From NCBI GenBank assembly GCA_018667355.1, contig JABIVC010000013.1:74305-138304 (forward strand): 64,000 bases of DNA. The letters run 5' to 3'. Positions within the stretch are counted from its first letter, which is position 1, and each line of letters begins with the position of its first letter. Under the pieces are notes generated by a model. That model was not told the DNA's origin, did not search any database, and saw only the letters and a program-made list of their open reading frames with translations. The position numbers were made by a program, and so were the translations under genes. Shown here piece by piece: positions 22,883-34,445 of this stretch. This DNA is from Gammaproteobacteria bacterium. Lineage in GTDB: Bacteria; Pseudomonadota; Gammaproteobacteria; GCA-002705445; GCA-002716945.

Positions 22883-24119
22883 ATCTTTTAATAGTTTTAC
22901 AATAATTATCTACTATATCTTTTTTAGCAATCATAATTTTTTTAGCATTTTCACCAAATAATTCTCTTCTTTGCTTGGATTTTAGAAGTCTTTCGAATAC
23001 ATGCTTTAATGTATTTGAGCTCTTAACCATTATCATTGCGTTGTTCTTTAAGAATTCTTCAGTCTCGCTAATAAAATTATACATATATGGCCCCACAATA
23101 ATAGACTTCCCATATGAAGCAGCTTCAAGGAAATTTTGACCACCATGATCAACTAGAGAGCCTCCTACAAAAATAAACTCAGAATGTTCTATAAGACTTT
23201 CAGTTTCACCAATCGTATCCGCTATATATATTTGCGTAGAGCTTCTAATTCTCTCATTTTTACTTCTAATGGCAATTTCAAGCATATCTAATGGTAGATC
23301 AGACAAGATATCCCCCAGTCTTTCAGGATGTCTTGGTGCTATAACAAGAAGAACTTTCTTCCCATATGTTTTCAGCCATTCTGTAATTATTTGTCTTTCC
23401 TCGTCTGGATGAGTTGAAAGAGCTAAAACATATTTTTTGTTAATAATATTATCTTGGTTAGCAATAGTATTATATTGAGAAAACTTTATATTACCAATGA
23501 CTTCAGTTTTTAACTTAGGCCCACCAAGACTCTTGAAATTTTCTTCCTCTAATTCTGATTTACACATAATGAGATCAATCTTTTGCAATGCAGTCTTATA
23601 TATACTTTTGATTAAATTATTGGCACTTGATGTTTTGCTTGAAATTCTTCCATTAACAATCATGATTGGAATTTTATTTTTATTGCATATATTGATGAGA
23701 TTAGGCCATATCTCTGTTTCTATAACTATGCATATTTTAGGTTTTATTAGGGTAATAAATCTCTTGATAGTCAGCAACCAGTCTAATGGTAAATAGTAAT
23801 GTTTCAATTTTTTAGATTCTGTAATCAATGATTTAGAAGTTGATGTTGTAGTAGTTATAAAAAATAAAGTTTCAGGATATAGAAGAGAGAGTTTGGAGTA
23901 TAGTGTCAACGCAATCTTAGTTTCACCAATAGATGATGCATGTATCCATATGGTTTCTCCATTAACTTTCGGGTTTGCCCAGCCAAGCCTTTGCATGATA
24001 AATTTCAAACCACTTTTTCTTCTCAATGCGCTAAATACAATCCTTATTATCAAGAACGGGCTTAGTAGGTATAAAAATAAATTATATTTAAACATTCGGC
24101 TAATTGATTTACCAAACAA
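22872..24119 (-). CDS. waaA: 3-deoxy-D-manno-octulosonic acid transferase
   Basis: WIHASSIGE motif; 415 aa. Confidence 0.85.
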   Translation of the reverse strand: MFGKSISRMFKYNLFLYLLSPFLIIRIVFSALRRKSGLKFIMQRLGWANPKVNGETIWIHASSIGETKIALTLYSKLSLLYPETLFFITTTTSTSKSLITESKKLKHYYLPLDWLLTIKRFITLIKPKICIVIETEIWPNLINICNKNKIPIMIVNGRISSKTSSANNLIKSIYKTALQKIDLIMCKSELEEENFKSLGGPKLKTEVIGNIKFSQYNTIANQDNIINKKYVLALSTHPDEERQIITEWLKTYGKKVLLVIAPRHPERLGDILSDLPLDMLEIAIRSKNERIRSSTQIYIADTIGETESLIEHSEFIFVGGSLVDHGGQNFLEAASYGKSIIVGPYMYNFISETEEFLKNNAMIMVKSSNTLKHVFERLLKSKQRRELFGENAKKIMIAKKDIVDNYCKTIKRFIS

Positions 24120-25419
24120 GCATATTATTTATATCTCTAATATTTTGAACACTTAATGCAGATGAATATTTTTTCAGTTCAAGATCATTTAAGAGATATT
24201 TCAAAGTATTTGAAACTAGCTCATTTTTAGAAGCTACTAGATTATATTCTGCTTGCTTAAGAGCTACATCTGTATATAGTCCAGATTGAAAACCATTTTC
24301 TATTGCCAAATAATCTAGGTTGGAATTTTCATATCTATCTTTATTAACAATTATAAGTTTGCTTAATAAATTATGACTATTTACTTTATCAATTATATCT
24401 TTTTTAATTGTTCTTCTTAACTGGTCTAGGCTTATTTTTGCATTTTCATATTTATAACTAGACTCTTTTACTTTGGAACTTTGATATCCTCCTTGATAAA
24501 TTGGGAAGTTTACAGTTAATCCAATTGTATTAGACTCTCTTGTTACATCGCCGAACCTTGATCCACCGGCAGTGTCTGAATAATCATATGTTGCTATCAA
24601 ATCAACTGTAGGATAATGCTGAGATTTATTAGAATTCATTTCATGTTTAGAAATATCAACATCTAATAAAGCAAGCTTAATAGCATCTAATGACTTCATG
24701 GAACTAGATATCAAAGAGTCTGAGTTATAACTTGTAAAATGTATATCCATTATTGGCTTTAAATCATGAATATCAAGAACTTCTCGGCCTGTAAAGATAT
24801 ATATATCTTGTTTAGCTAACTCTAAACTATTCAAAGACATATCTGATTCAATATTTGCAACATCTAGATTATTTTTATGCTTATTCAGTTCTATGTCAGT
24901 AATATAACCATTGGAAAATAATTTTTTTGCATTTTGGTATGTTAATGCCATCATACTAGTTTTTATAACATCTGCTTTATAAGAATTGTTTGAATTAATT
25001 AGGGAAAAGTATAGTTCGGCTGATTTTATAATCAAATCTTTTTTATAGCTATTTATTTTAATTTTAGATTTATTTAAACTTGCCTCTGCCTTATTAAGCT
25101 CATCAAAAAAATAAATACGTAGAATTGGTTGTGTTATCGTCAAAGATGCACTTTCAGTAGTATAATCTTTTATAATACCTGTGCCGGTATACTTGTTAGT
25201 ATAATTTTCTTTAGTAGTCGCGCTTATTCCAATATCAGGAAATAAAGAAGAAGAGGTTTGATTATATATTTCTTCGGAAATCTGATTATCATTAGAAATG
25301 ATTCTCAGGTCATTATTATACTTAATAGCTCTATTATAGATGTCTAGAATATCTGAAGAATATAGATTCGGTGATAATGTAATTATCAATATTAAAAAAA
25401 ATAATCTAAAATTAAACAT
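24109..25419 (-). CDS. tolC: TolC-family outer-membrane efflux channel
   Basis: Signal peptide; length and organisation match TolC/OEP family proteins. Confidence 0.65.
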   Translation of the reverse strand: MFNFRLFFLILIITLSPNLYSSDILDIYNRAIKYNNDLRIISNDNQISEEIYNQTSSSLFPDIGISATTKENYTNKYTGTGIIKDYTTESASLTITQPILRIYFFDELNKAEASLNKSKIKINSYKKDLIIKSAELYFSLINSNNSYKADVIKTSMMALTYQNAKKLFSNGYITDIELNKHKNNLDVANIESDMSLNSLELAKQDIYIFTGREVLDIHDLKPIMDIHFTSYNSDSLISSSMKSLDAIKLALLDVDISKHEMNSNKSQHYPTVDLIATYDYSDTAGGSRFGDVTRESNTIGLTVNFPIYQGGYQSSKVKESSYKYENAKISLDQLRRTIKKDIIDKVNSHNLLSKLIIVNKDRYENSNLDYLAIENGFQSGLYTDVALKQAEYNLVASKNELVSNTLKYLLNDLELKKYSSALSVQNIRDINNMLVW

Positions 25420-25735
25420 ATTTAGTCATAGACGAATCAATTTCATTTGACCAAGCGTCTACGCCTCCACCTAAATTAATTATATTAGTAAAACCATTGC
25501 TCACTAAATACTTAGCAACCATTCTGCTCCTAATTCCATGATGACAAACCACAATAATCATATCGTTATGATTCAACTCATCTTTTCTCTCAGTAATTTG
25601 CCCCATAGGGATATGCACTGAGTTTTCTATATGACATATATCATATTCCCATTTTTCTCTTACATCAAGAATGAAGGGCGTAATACTTTCATCTTTTAGG
25701 ATTTCACTTATTTCTAGTACTGTTTTTTCAATCAT
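25412..25735 (-). CDS. rhodanese-domain sulfurtransferase (single domain)
   Basis: CHHGIRS active-site loop (Cys-X5-Arg). Confidence 0.7.
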   Translation of the reverse strand: MIEKTVLEISEILKDESITPFILDVREKWEYDICHIENSVHIPMGQITERKDELNHNDMIIVVCHHGIRSRMVAKYLVSNGFTNIINLGGGVDAWSNEIDSSMTKYV

Positions 25736-26372
25736 TATTTATAATTATAGGTTTAACGTCGGTTTCTATTATCTGCTCTTTAAGAAAACTTGAGGAACTC
25801 AATTTTTTGATTAGAATTCCTGTTTTAATTGGACCTGTATCTCTCCCGAAAAAAACAAAAGCTCGAGATTGCTCACTCATATGATCAGTTATAATATTAA
25901 GATTATTAATGCTACTTGTAAGAATTATAACCTTATATTTTCTGATAATCTTAAGATTATCCATTATATCCAAACATTCATACAAAATATTCTTCTTCAA
26001 AAAATCATGGTCTGCATTTTTTTTACACGATTGAATTAGGTTATTATCTATATCAATCGCATGCACTTTGTTTCCTAGAATAGAGACACATGTTGATAGA
26101 TATCCTGTCCCCGATCCTATTACAAGAATATCTTCATTAGATTGTATATTTAACGCCTGCAGTAACTTGGCTTCTACTGATGGCATTAGCATATGTTGGT
26201 TATCACCTATTGGTATATTTATATCTACATGAGAAAAACTTTTATATGAGTCTGGAGTAAATAACTTTCTAGGTATTAGTTTCAGAGTATTTAAAACATT
26301 ATTATCAATAACATTCAGAGACCTGATATGATTATCTACCATATTTATTGTATCGGTATTATCTACTTTCAT
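25728..26372 (-). CDS. pcm: protein-L-isoaspartate O-methyltransferase
   Basis: VIGSGTGYLSTCVS SAM motif; PCMT length (214 aa). Confidence 0.7.
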   Translation of the reverse strand: MKVDNTDTINMVDNHIRSLNVIDNNVLNTLKLIPRKLFTPDSYKSFSHVDINIPIGDNQHMLMPSVEAKLLQALNIQSNEDILVIGSGTGYLSTCVSILGNKVHAIDIDNNLIQSCKKNADHDFLKKNILYECLDIMDNLKIIRKYKVIILTSSINNLNIITDHMSEQSRAFVFFGRDTGPIKTGILIKKLSSSSFLKEQIIETDVKPIIINND

Positions 26373-26425
26373 TTCATCGGTAAGTTTAGTATTGTTATAT
26401 TATAAATCAAAAGACAAGCAATTAA

Positions 26426-28234
<1,809 letters not shown>

Positions 28235-28242
28235 AAACTAAC

Positions 28243-29538
28243 TTATTTCTTTTTTTTAGTTTTACCAAATACACCATCTAAGGCTTGCTGAATATCATTA
28301 ATAATGTCTTCAGAGTTTTCTATACCAATCGATAGTCTAACTAAGTCCTCTGGAACTCCAGCTTGCTTAAGTTCTTCAGGGGATAATTGCCTATGTGTTG
28401 TAGATGCTGGATGACATGCTAAAGATTTAGCATCACCAATATTTACAAGTCTTACAATTAAATCTAGGTTGTCTATAAATTTAGAGCCATTTTCCTTGCC
28501 ACCTTTAATTCCAAAACTCAAGACACTAGATGCTTTACCACCCATTAACTTTTTGACTAATTCATAATCTGGACTGCTGGCAATTCCAGGATAATTAACC
28601 CAACTAACATTAGGATGCTTCATTAAAAAATTTGCAACTTTAACCGCATTTTCACAATGCCTATCCATTCTTACCGCTAAGCTTTCAATTCCTTGTAATA
28701 TTAAAAAACTATTAAATGGCGATATTGCTGCACCCATATTTCTTAATGGAACAACTCTAGCCGCACCTATAAATGCTGCATCGCCCATTGCCTCTGTATA
28801 TATAACACCATGATATGATGGATCTGGTGTATTTAATCTACTAAATCTTCTTTTATGTTTAGCCCATGGAAATTTTCCTGAGTCAACTATAATTCCACCA
28901 ATTGTAGTTCCATGACCACCCATATATTTTGTGAGCGAATGAACAACAATATCAGCACCATGTTCTATTGGTCTAAATAAATACGGAGAGGGAACAGTAT
29001 TATCTACTATTAGGGGTATTCCGTGTTTATGTGCCATTTTGGCCATTTTTGGTATATCCACAACATTTGCAGCAGGATTCCCTATCGATTCACAAAAAAT
29101 AGCTTTTGTTTTAGAATCAATTAATTTTTCCATATCTTCAATCTTGTCATGTTCACCAAATTTTACATCCACTCCAAAACGAGGTAATTGATGAGCAAAT
29201 AATGTATACGTTCCACCATATAATGTGCTTGTACTTATAATGTTATCTCCAGCTTCGCAAATCGTCATAATGGCATATGTTGTTGCAGCTGAGCCAGATG
29301 CAAGAGCAAGAGCTCCAATACCTCCTTCCATTGCAGCAACTCGTTTCTCAAGGACATCCGAGGTAGGATTCATTATTCTGGTATAAATATTCCCAGCTTC
29401 CTTTAAATCAAATAAGTCAGCACCATGCTGAGAATCTCTGAATGAATAAGACGCTGTTTGATAAATAGGTACAGCTACTGCATTCGTTGTAGCCTCTGGA
29501 GAGTATCCTCCATGTATTGCGATAGTTTCAAATTTCAT
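28243..29538 (-). CDS. metY: O-acetylhomoserine aminocarboxypropyltransferase / sulfhydrylase
   Basis: 431-aa PLP Cys/Met-metabolism enzyme with the VVHSLTKYMGGHG lysine motif. Confidence 0.8.
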   Translation of the reverse strand: MKFETIAIHGGYSPEATTNAVAVPIYQTASYSFRDSQHGADLFDLKEAGNIYTRIMNPTSDVLEKRVAAMEGGIGALALASGSAATTYAIMTICEAGDNIISTSTLYGGTYTLFAHQLPRFGVDVKFGEHDKIEDMEKLIDSKTKAIFCESIGNPAANVVDIPKMAKMAHKHGIPLIVDNTVPSPYLFRPIEHGADIVVHSLTKYMGGHGTTIGGIIVDSGKFPWAKHKRRFSRLNTPDPSYHGVIYTEAMGDAAFIGAARVVPLRNMGAAISPFNSFLILQGIESLAVRMDRHCENAVKVANFLMKHPNVSWVNYPGIASSPDYELVKKLMGGKASSVLSFGIKGGKENGSKFIDNLDLIVRLVNIGDAKSLACHPASTTHRQLSPEELKQAGVPEDLVRLSIGIENSEDIINDIQQALDGVFGKTKKKK

Positions 29539-29600
29539 ATGTCCCCCAAAATTCAGTATTAACCATCATAAGAAAAAACCAACAATATTGCCAGTATAAT

Positions 29601-30692
29601 TTATGTGATATCTAAATTTAGTTGACTTATCGGTTCATTATTGAACTGAACACCTACACCTAAAAGTCTAATAGATTTATTATTAGTTAGAAGGGTTTTC
29701 TTTAAAAGGTTAGAGTAAACTTCATAATTAATTATTTTACTAGACACTTGAGTTGTAGTTAATTTGAAATCACTATACTTTATCTTAACATAACAAGATT
29801 TTATCAATCTATTTGCATAAACTTTCTTATCAAGCCTTTTTAATAGCTCTAAATATAATAACTTTAATTCTTTTAAAGCTTGTATTAAATCTGTTAGATC
29901 TTCCATATATGTATCTTCAACACTGAGACTCTTGCTAATCTTATGACTCTCAACTTCTCTGTCATCAATGCCTCTAGATAGAGAATATAAAGTACACCCG
30001 TACTTACCAAGTAATTTACTGAGGCTTTCTTTACTTAACTTTTGTAAGTCTTTGCATGTGTTCACTCCATTACTTTTTAATAATAATTCTGTTTTTTTAC
30101 CAACGCCATATATTTTCCTTATAGGTACTTTTATAATGAAGTCTTTAATATCTTTATCAGGTATTGAATATTGCCCATTGGGTTTATTCCAGTCACTAGC
30201 AATTTTAGCTAAAAATTTGTTAGAGGATATTCCTGCTGATGCCGTGATACCAAGGTCTTCAAAAATTTTCATCCTTATTTGTCTGGCCATCTCCTCTGGA
30301 TCTCCTTGGCAGTATTTAGAATTTGTAACATCTAAGTATGCTTCATCAAGTGACACTGGCTCGATAATTTTGGTATAACATTTATATATTTTATGAACTT
30401 CCTTGGACACTGCCCTATACTTTTCCATATTTACGGGTAAAAAAATTATCTGAGGACATAGTCTTTTCGCAGTAATTGAGGGCATAGCTGACCGAATACC
30501 ATATCCTCTAGCTACATAATTGCATGTTGTTATGACACCTCTATTTTCTGAGCTACCTGCAACGGCAACAGGTTTATTTTTTAATTCAGGCCTTTCCTTT
30601 ATTTCTACTGATGCATAGAAACTATCCATGTCTACATGAATAATTTTAGATTTTCTGAAAAGCTCTTGTCTAGGTATTATTACTCTCATCAA
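29601..30692 (-). CDS. dinB: DNA polymerase IV
   Basis: IIHVDMDSFYASVE and SLDEAYLDVT Y-family motifs. Confidence 0.85.
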   Translation of the reverse strand: MMRVIIPRQELFRKSKIIHVDMDSFYASVEIKERPELKNKPVAVAGSSENRGVITTCNYVARGYGIRSAMPSITAKRLCPQIIFLPVNMEKYRAVSKEVHKIYKCYTKIIEPVSLDEAYLDVTNSKYCQGDPEEMARQIRMKIFEDLGITASAGISSNKFLAKIASDWNKPNGQYSIPDKDIKDFIIKVPIRKIYGVGKKTELLLKSNGVNTCKDLQKLSKESLSKLLGKYGCTLYSLSRGIDDREVESHKISKSLSVEDTYMEDLTDLIQALKELKLLYLELLKRLDKKVYANRLIKSCYVKIKYSDFKLTTTQVSSKIINYEVYSNLLKKTLLTNNKSIRLLGVGVQFNNEPISQLNLDIT

Positions 30693-30903
30693 TTGTCAAT
30701 GATTTGATAGTTAATGCATGTATTTCACCTGACTTAATGTAACTATCTAATGCAGCATAGATAATTTTATGTCTTTCAATCACAGTCTTATCTTTAAAAA
30801 TGTCACTAACCACCTTAACTGTATACTTTGCTTCTCCACCTTCTACTGCGATTGACGAATCTTTTATTTTCTCAGTAAGTATTTTTCTTATTAAATCTTC
30901 CAT
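30670..30903 (-). CDS. bolA: BolA-family protein
   Basis: BolA-like C-terminal region (IHALTIKSLT). Start placed at the ATG at 30903, which has a GGGAGA RBS. Confidence 0.5.
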   Translation of the reverse strand: MEDLIRKILTEKIKDSSIAVEGGEAKYTVKVVSDIFKDKTVIERHKIIYAALDSYIKSGEIHALTIKSLTIDESNNT

Positions 30904-30905
30904 AT

Positions 30906-31394
30906 TTATTTCTCCCATAAATCCGGGTTCGCCCAATTATCACTATTTAGCCAGTCCGGAGTTTTTTTATAACTACCTATATTATAAGTATAAAAGAGAA
31001 AAAAGATATTGTCATAATTAGTCTGAGAAAATAAATTAAATCCTAATGATATTAGTAATTTATGCATTTGGTTATCCAAATATTCTGAGTTTTTAATTTT
31101 ATTAATAATGATAATATGATTCGGATGATTTAAAATTATACTTCCTATTTTTTTATAAATATCATCATAACCTATCATGTATTGATCTACTGATAATATT
31201 AGTAGATCATTAGTTTCTATATTGATTAAATTATTCATATCATCAAAGGCTTTATAATTTATATTTAAAGAATCCAATGATTCTGATACTTGATTATTAC
31301 GATGCTCATATATAATAATATTTCTATCTTTATTACTCATGCATATTTGTAAAATTGTATTTTCAAATCTTTTCATATACACCTCTATAGACAT
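30906..31394 (-). CDS. hypothetical protein (162 aa)
   Basis: Intact ORF between rsmJ and bolA; its 5' end overlaps the rsmJ 3' end. No recognisable motif. Confidence 0.35.
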   Translation of the reverse strand: MSIEVYMKRFENTILQICMSNKDRNIIIYEHRNNQVSESLDSLNINYKAFDDMNNLINIETNDLLILSVDQYMIGYDDIYKKIGSIILNHPNHIIIINKIKNSEYLDNQMHKLLISLGFNLFSQTNYDNIFFLFYTYNIGSYKKTPDWLNSDNWANPDLWEK

Positions 31395-32082
31395 TAAAGT
31401 TTAATAGCTTTGTTTTAATTATATAATCGGGTTTTAGGATATTACTTAATGAGTGTTTCGGCTCTTTAACTATTACACGACCTTTTGACTTTTTGATTGC
31501 AAGTTTAATAAGATTGTTTTTATTAGAATCTTGAAATGATATTAATTTTAATGTTTCATCATTTTTAGATGATAAAGAACTCCCCTTCAGTTTATCAAAC
31601 ATGAAATCAATATAGATATACTCATAATGATTTTCTGAATGTTTAAGGTAGTCATAAGAATTTCCATGATACATAGAAAAATTTGATAGTTCCAGTTTCT
31701 TTAATGCGCTATTCAATAGTAGAGACATGACTGGACTATTCTCAATCATTGTTATGTCATAACCCATTGATCTTAAAATATAACTATCTCTCCCATATCC
31801 CGCTGTACAATCCAATATTGTAGATCCTTTTTTTGGAAATAACTTATCAAATACATCTTTTTTCCCGGCCAGTCTTAGTTTTATTTTATTATTTAATTCT
31901 TTATCTAGAAAATTTATTGATATAGATACAGGATTTTTATAATGCGCATTAATCAACTGAATATCTTCTTTATCAAAAATAATGGATAGTTTTTTGGTTA
32001 TAATCTGATCATAGTAACTATTGAGAACTGTGCCTAAAAAAATAGATTTTTTCTCATTATTGGCATCAGATATGATATTCAT
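31363..32082 (-). CDS. rsmJ: 16S rRNA (guanine1516-N2)-methyltransferase
   Basis: DCTAGYGRDSYIL matches the RsmJ (YhiQ/DUF548) DxTAGxGxD motif; 239 aa. Confidence 0.65.
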   Translation of the reverse strand: MNIISDANNEKKSIFLGTVLNSYYDQIITKKLSIIFDKEDIQLINAHYKNPVSISINFLDKELNNKIKLRLAGKKDVFDKLFPKKGSTILDCTAGYGRDSYILRSMGYDITMIENSPVMSLLLNSALKKLELSNFSMYHGNSYDYLKHSENHYEYIYIDFMFDKLKGSSLSSKNDETLKLISFQDSNKNNLIKLAIKKSKGRVIVKEPKHSLSNILKPDYIIKTKLLNFNVYRGVYEKI

Positions 32083-32558
32083 TAACTAATATTATACCTT
32101 CGCCTTACACTTCTTAGAAAATAATAGACAAAAGGCCATACTATCGCGCTCACTACAGGCATCCAGTATAGTGAAGTTGTATAGTTACTTGTTCCCATCA
32201 TGTCATCAATCCATAAGATTATAGTGACCTTGGTAATCAAAATAATTAGAATTAGAATTCCTTGCTGCAGTACAGTCAAATGTCGTATTATCATATATGA
32301 CTTAAAAATAAGATAAGCAATTAAACTATATACCAATGCATTTACCCCTAAAGTAGAACCAAGAACCACATCTACCAGCAGTCCGATAGTCCAAGCAGTG
32401 AATAATCCAATTGATGAAGGGGAGGCTAGTATCCAGTATATTAAAAATAAATGTATCCAGTCTGGAGCAAAGTATCCTAAAGGGAATGTTGTAACAGTTA
32501 ATATAATCGATAATAACAATGTTAGAGTTATAATTAAAAAACTATTCATTAATATCAA
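32082..32558 (-). CDS. mreD: rod shape-determining protein MreD
   Basis: 158-aa polytopic membrane protein directly downstream of mreC. Confidence 0.7.
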   Translation of the reverse strand: MILMNSFLIITLTLLLSIILTVTTFPLGYFAPDWIHLFLIYWILASPSSIGLFTAWTIGLLVDVVLGSTLGVNALVYSLIAYLIFKSYMIIRHLTVLQQGILILIILITKVTIILWIDDMMGTSNYTTSLYWMPVVSAIVWPFVYYFLRSVRRRYNIS

Positions 32559-33387
32559 CCTTAGGCTTATAGTCCCATATTAGTATTAACTCAGACATCT
32601 GCCCAATTTTTTCATAAGGTTTAATCTCAATTTCACTGAATTTTTTATCCCTATTACTGATTTTATTGACAACTGTTCCAATTGGGATATTGGCTTTAAA
32701 CCTTTCTGCAAGTCCCGATGTAGATATAATGTCACCCTTCAAAATATCTATATTCATCTCAGCATATGGGACAACTAGTTTTCCATCATTTGAGTGACCA
32801 CTAACTAAAATATTGGCACCAGTCCTATTTACAACTGCAGGAATAGTATGACTAGGGTCAGTTATTAAGATAACTTTTGATGAAAGAAATGTTGTGTCTA
32901 TAACTTGCCCAACCAAGCCATTGACACCAATTACATTTTGACCTACATAAATCTTATGTTTTTCACCTTTATCGATAGCAACAACTCTTTTGTTAGGGCT
33001 AGCTGTATTGTTAATCACTTTTACAATAGTCTGTTTTTTAGATGTTATATTTGAAGCTTTTGAAATTTTTCGTAATCTTATATTTTCATCTTTCAATAGA
33101 TTTAATTCTTGTAACTGTATTTTTAAAGATATATTTTCTTTTTCTAGAGTGTCTAATTTTAGTTCTAAGCTTTTAATGTCACTAGATTCTCGTATCAATT
33201 CATTTATGAATAACGAAGGTAAGTTCGATATTCTATCGATAGGATAAACAATCAAATCATTGATAATTGATCTAATATAAGTAATCTGTTGATACTTATA
33301 ATCTAAAACTATGGTTCCAATAGACAAAGATATTAAAAATATAAGGGTATAAAAATCGGCAGTGCTTTTTCTATAATAGCGTTCCAT
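32542..33387 (-). CDS. mreC: rod shape-determining protein MreC
   Basis: N-terminal TM segment, coiled-coil region and C-terminal beta-domain; lies between mreB and mreD. Confidence 0.75.
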   Translation of the reverse strand: MERYYRKSTADFYTLIFLISLSIGTIVLDYKYQQITYIRSIINDLIVYPIDRISNLPSLFINELIRESSDIKSLELKLDTLEKENISLKIQLQELNLLKDENIRLRKISKASNITSKKQTIVKVINNTASPNKRVVAIDKGEKHKIYVGQNVIGVNGLVGQVIDTTFLSSKVILITDPSHTIPAVVNRTGANILVSGHSNDGKLVVPYAEMNIDILKGDIISTSGLAERFKANIPIGTVVNKISNRDKKFSEIEIKPYEKIGQMSELILIWDYKPKVDINE

Positions 33388-33389
33388 TG

Positions 33390-34445
33390 TTAGTCAACAG
33401 ATAGAAATTCAATCCCTTCTTGGTCAATAATTTCTAGGACTTTCCCGCCGCCCCTAGCTACGCAACTCATGGGGTCTTCAGCCACGATAACATACATCCC
33501 TGTTTCTTCAGTGATAAGCTTATCTAAGTCTCTTAATAATGCTCCGCCTCCTGTAAGAACCATCCCGCGTTCATGGATATCTGCACCAAGTTCAGGGGGA
33601 GTTTGTTCAAGTGCAGTTTTAACCGCACCAATAATCCCTTGAAGTGAATCTTGCAGTGCTTCTAGTATTTCATTGCTATTAACGGTAAATGATTGAGGAA
33701 CTCCAGCAGATAAATTAGTACCTTTAACTTCTATCTCTAACAAATCGCTACTAGGATATGCACAGCCTACTGTATGTTTAATTTTCTCCGCAGTTGGATA
33801 CCCTATAACACAACCATAATTCCTTCTTACATATGCAATAATCTGGTCATCAAATGTATCCCCTCCAATTCTTGTTGATGATGCATAGACTATTCCATTT
33901 AATGAAATTGTTGCTACTTCAGATGTACCACCACCAATATCAAGTACCATATATCCTCTTGCTTCATCTATAGGCATACCTGCTCCTATTGCTGCTGCCA
34001 TTGGTTCATCAATAAGGTGTACAATTCTTGCGCCTGCACCAGACGCTGATTCTTTAATAGCTCGTCTTTCTACTTGTGTTGCACCGCAAGGGACACATAC
34101 TAATACTCGTGGGCTGGGCCTAAACAATTTACTATCATGAACTTTTCTTATAAAATGCTGGAGCATTTTCTCGCAAACCATGAAGTCTGAAATTACACCA
34201 TCTTTCATAGGCCTAATCGCTTGCAGCCCTGTAGGAGTTCTACCCAACATTTTTTTTGCTTCTAATCCGACTGCTTCAATTTTTCTTCCGGCTGCACCAC
34301 GCTCATCTCTAACTACGACTACAGAAGGTTCGTCTAGGACAATACCTCGGCCTTTAACATATATCAGAGTATTTGCTGTTCCTAAGTCAATAGATAAGTC
34401 TGTTGAAAAAGTACCCTTTATTTTTTTAAATATATCATTAATCAT
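33390..34445 (-). CDS. mreB: rod shape-determining protein MreB
   Basis: Actin-fold protein with [17 protein letters not shown]-terminus. Confidence 0.95.
   Translation of the reverse strand: MINDIFKKIKGTFSTDLSIDLGTANTLIYVKGRGIVLDEPSVVVVRDERGAAGRKIEAVGLEAKKMLGRTPTGLQAIRPMKDGVISDFMVCEKMLQHFIRKVHDSKLFRPSPRVLVCVPCGATQVERRAIKESASGAGARIVHLIDEPMAAAIGAGMPIDEARGYMVLDIGGGTSEVATISLNGIVYASSTRIGGDTFDDQIIAYVRRNYGCVIGYPTAEKIKHTVGCAYPSSDLLEIEVKGTNLSAGVPQSFTVNSNEILEALQDSLQGIIGAVKTALEQTPPELGADIHERGMVLTGGGALLRDLDKLITEETGMYVIVAEDPMSCVARGGGKVLEIIDQEGIEFLSVD

Noticed and set aside
31060-31080. TTATCCAAA, a near-match to a DnaA box.
   Set aside because: It is a single imperfect copy inside a coding region, with no cluster of boxes or AT-rich unwinding element.
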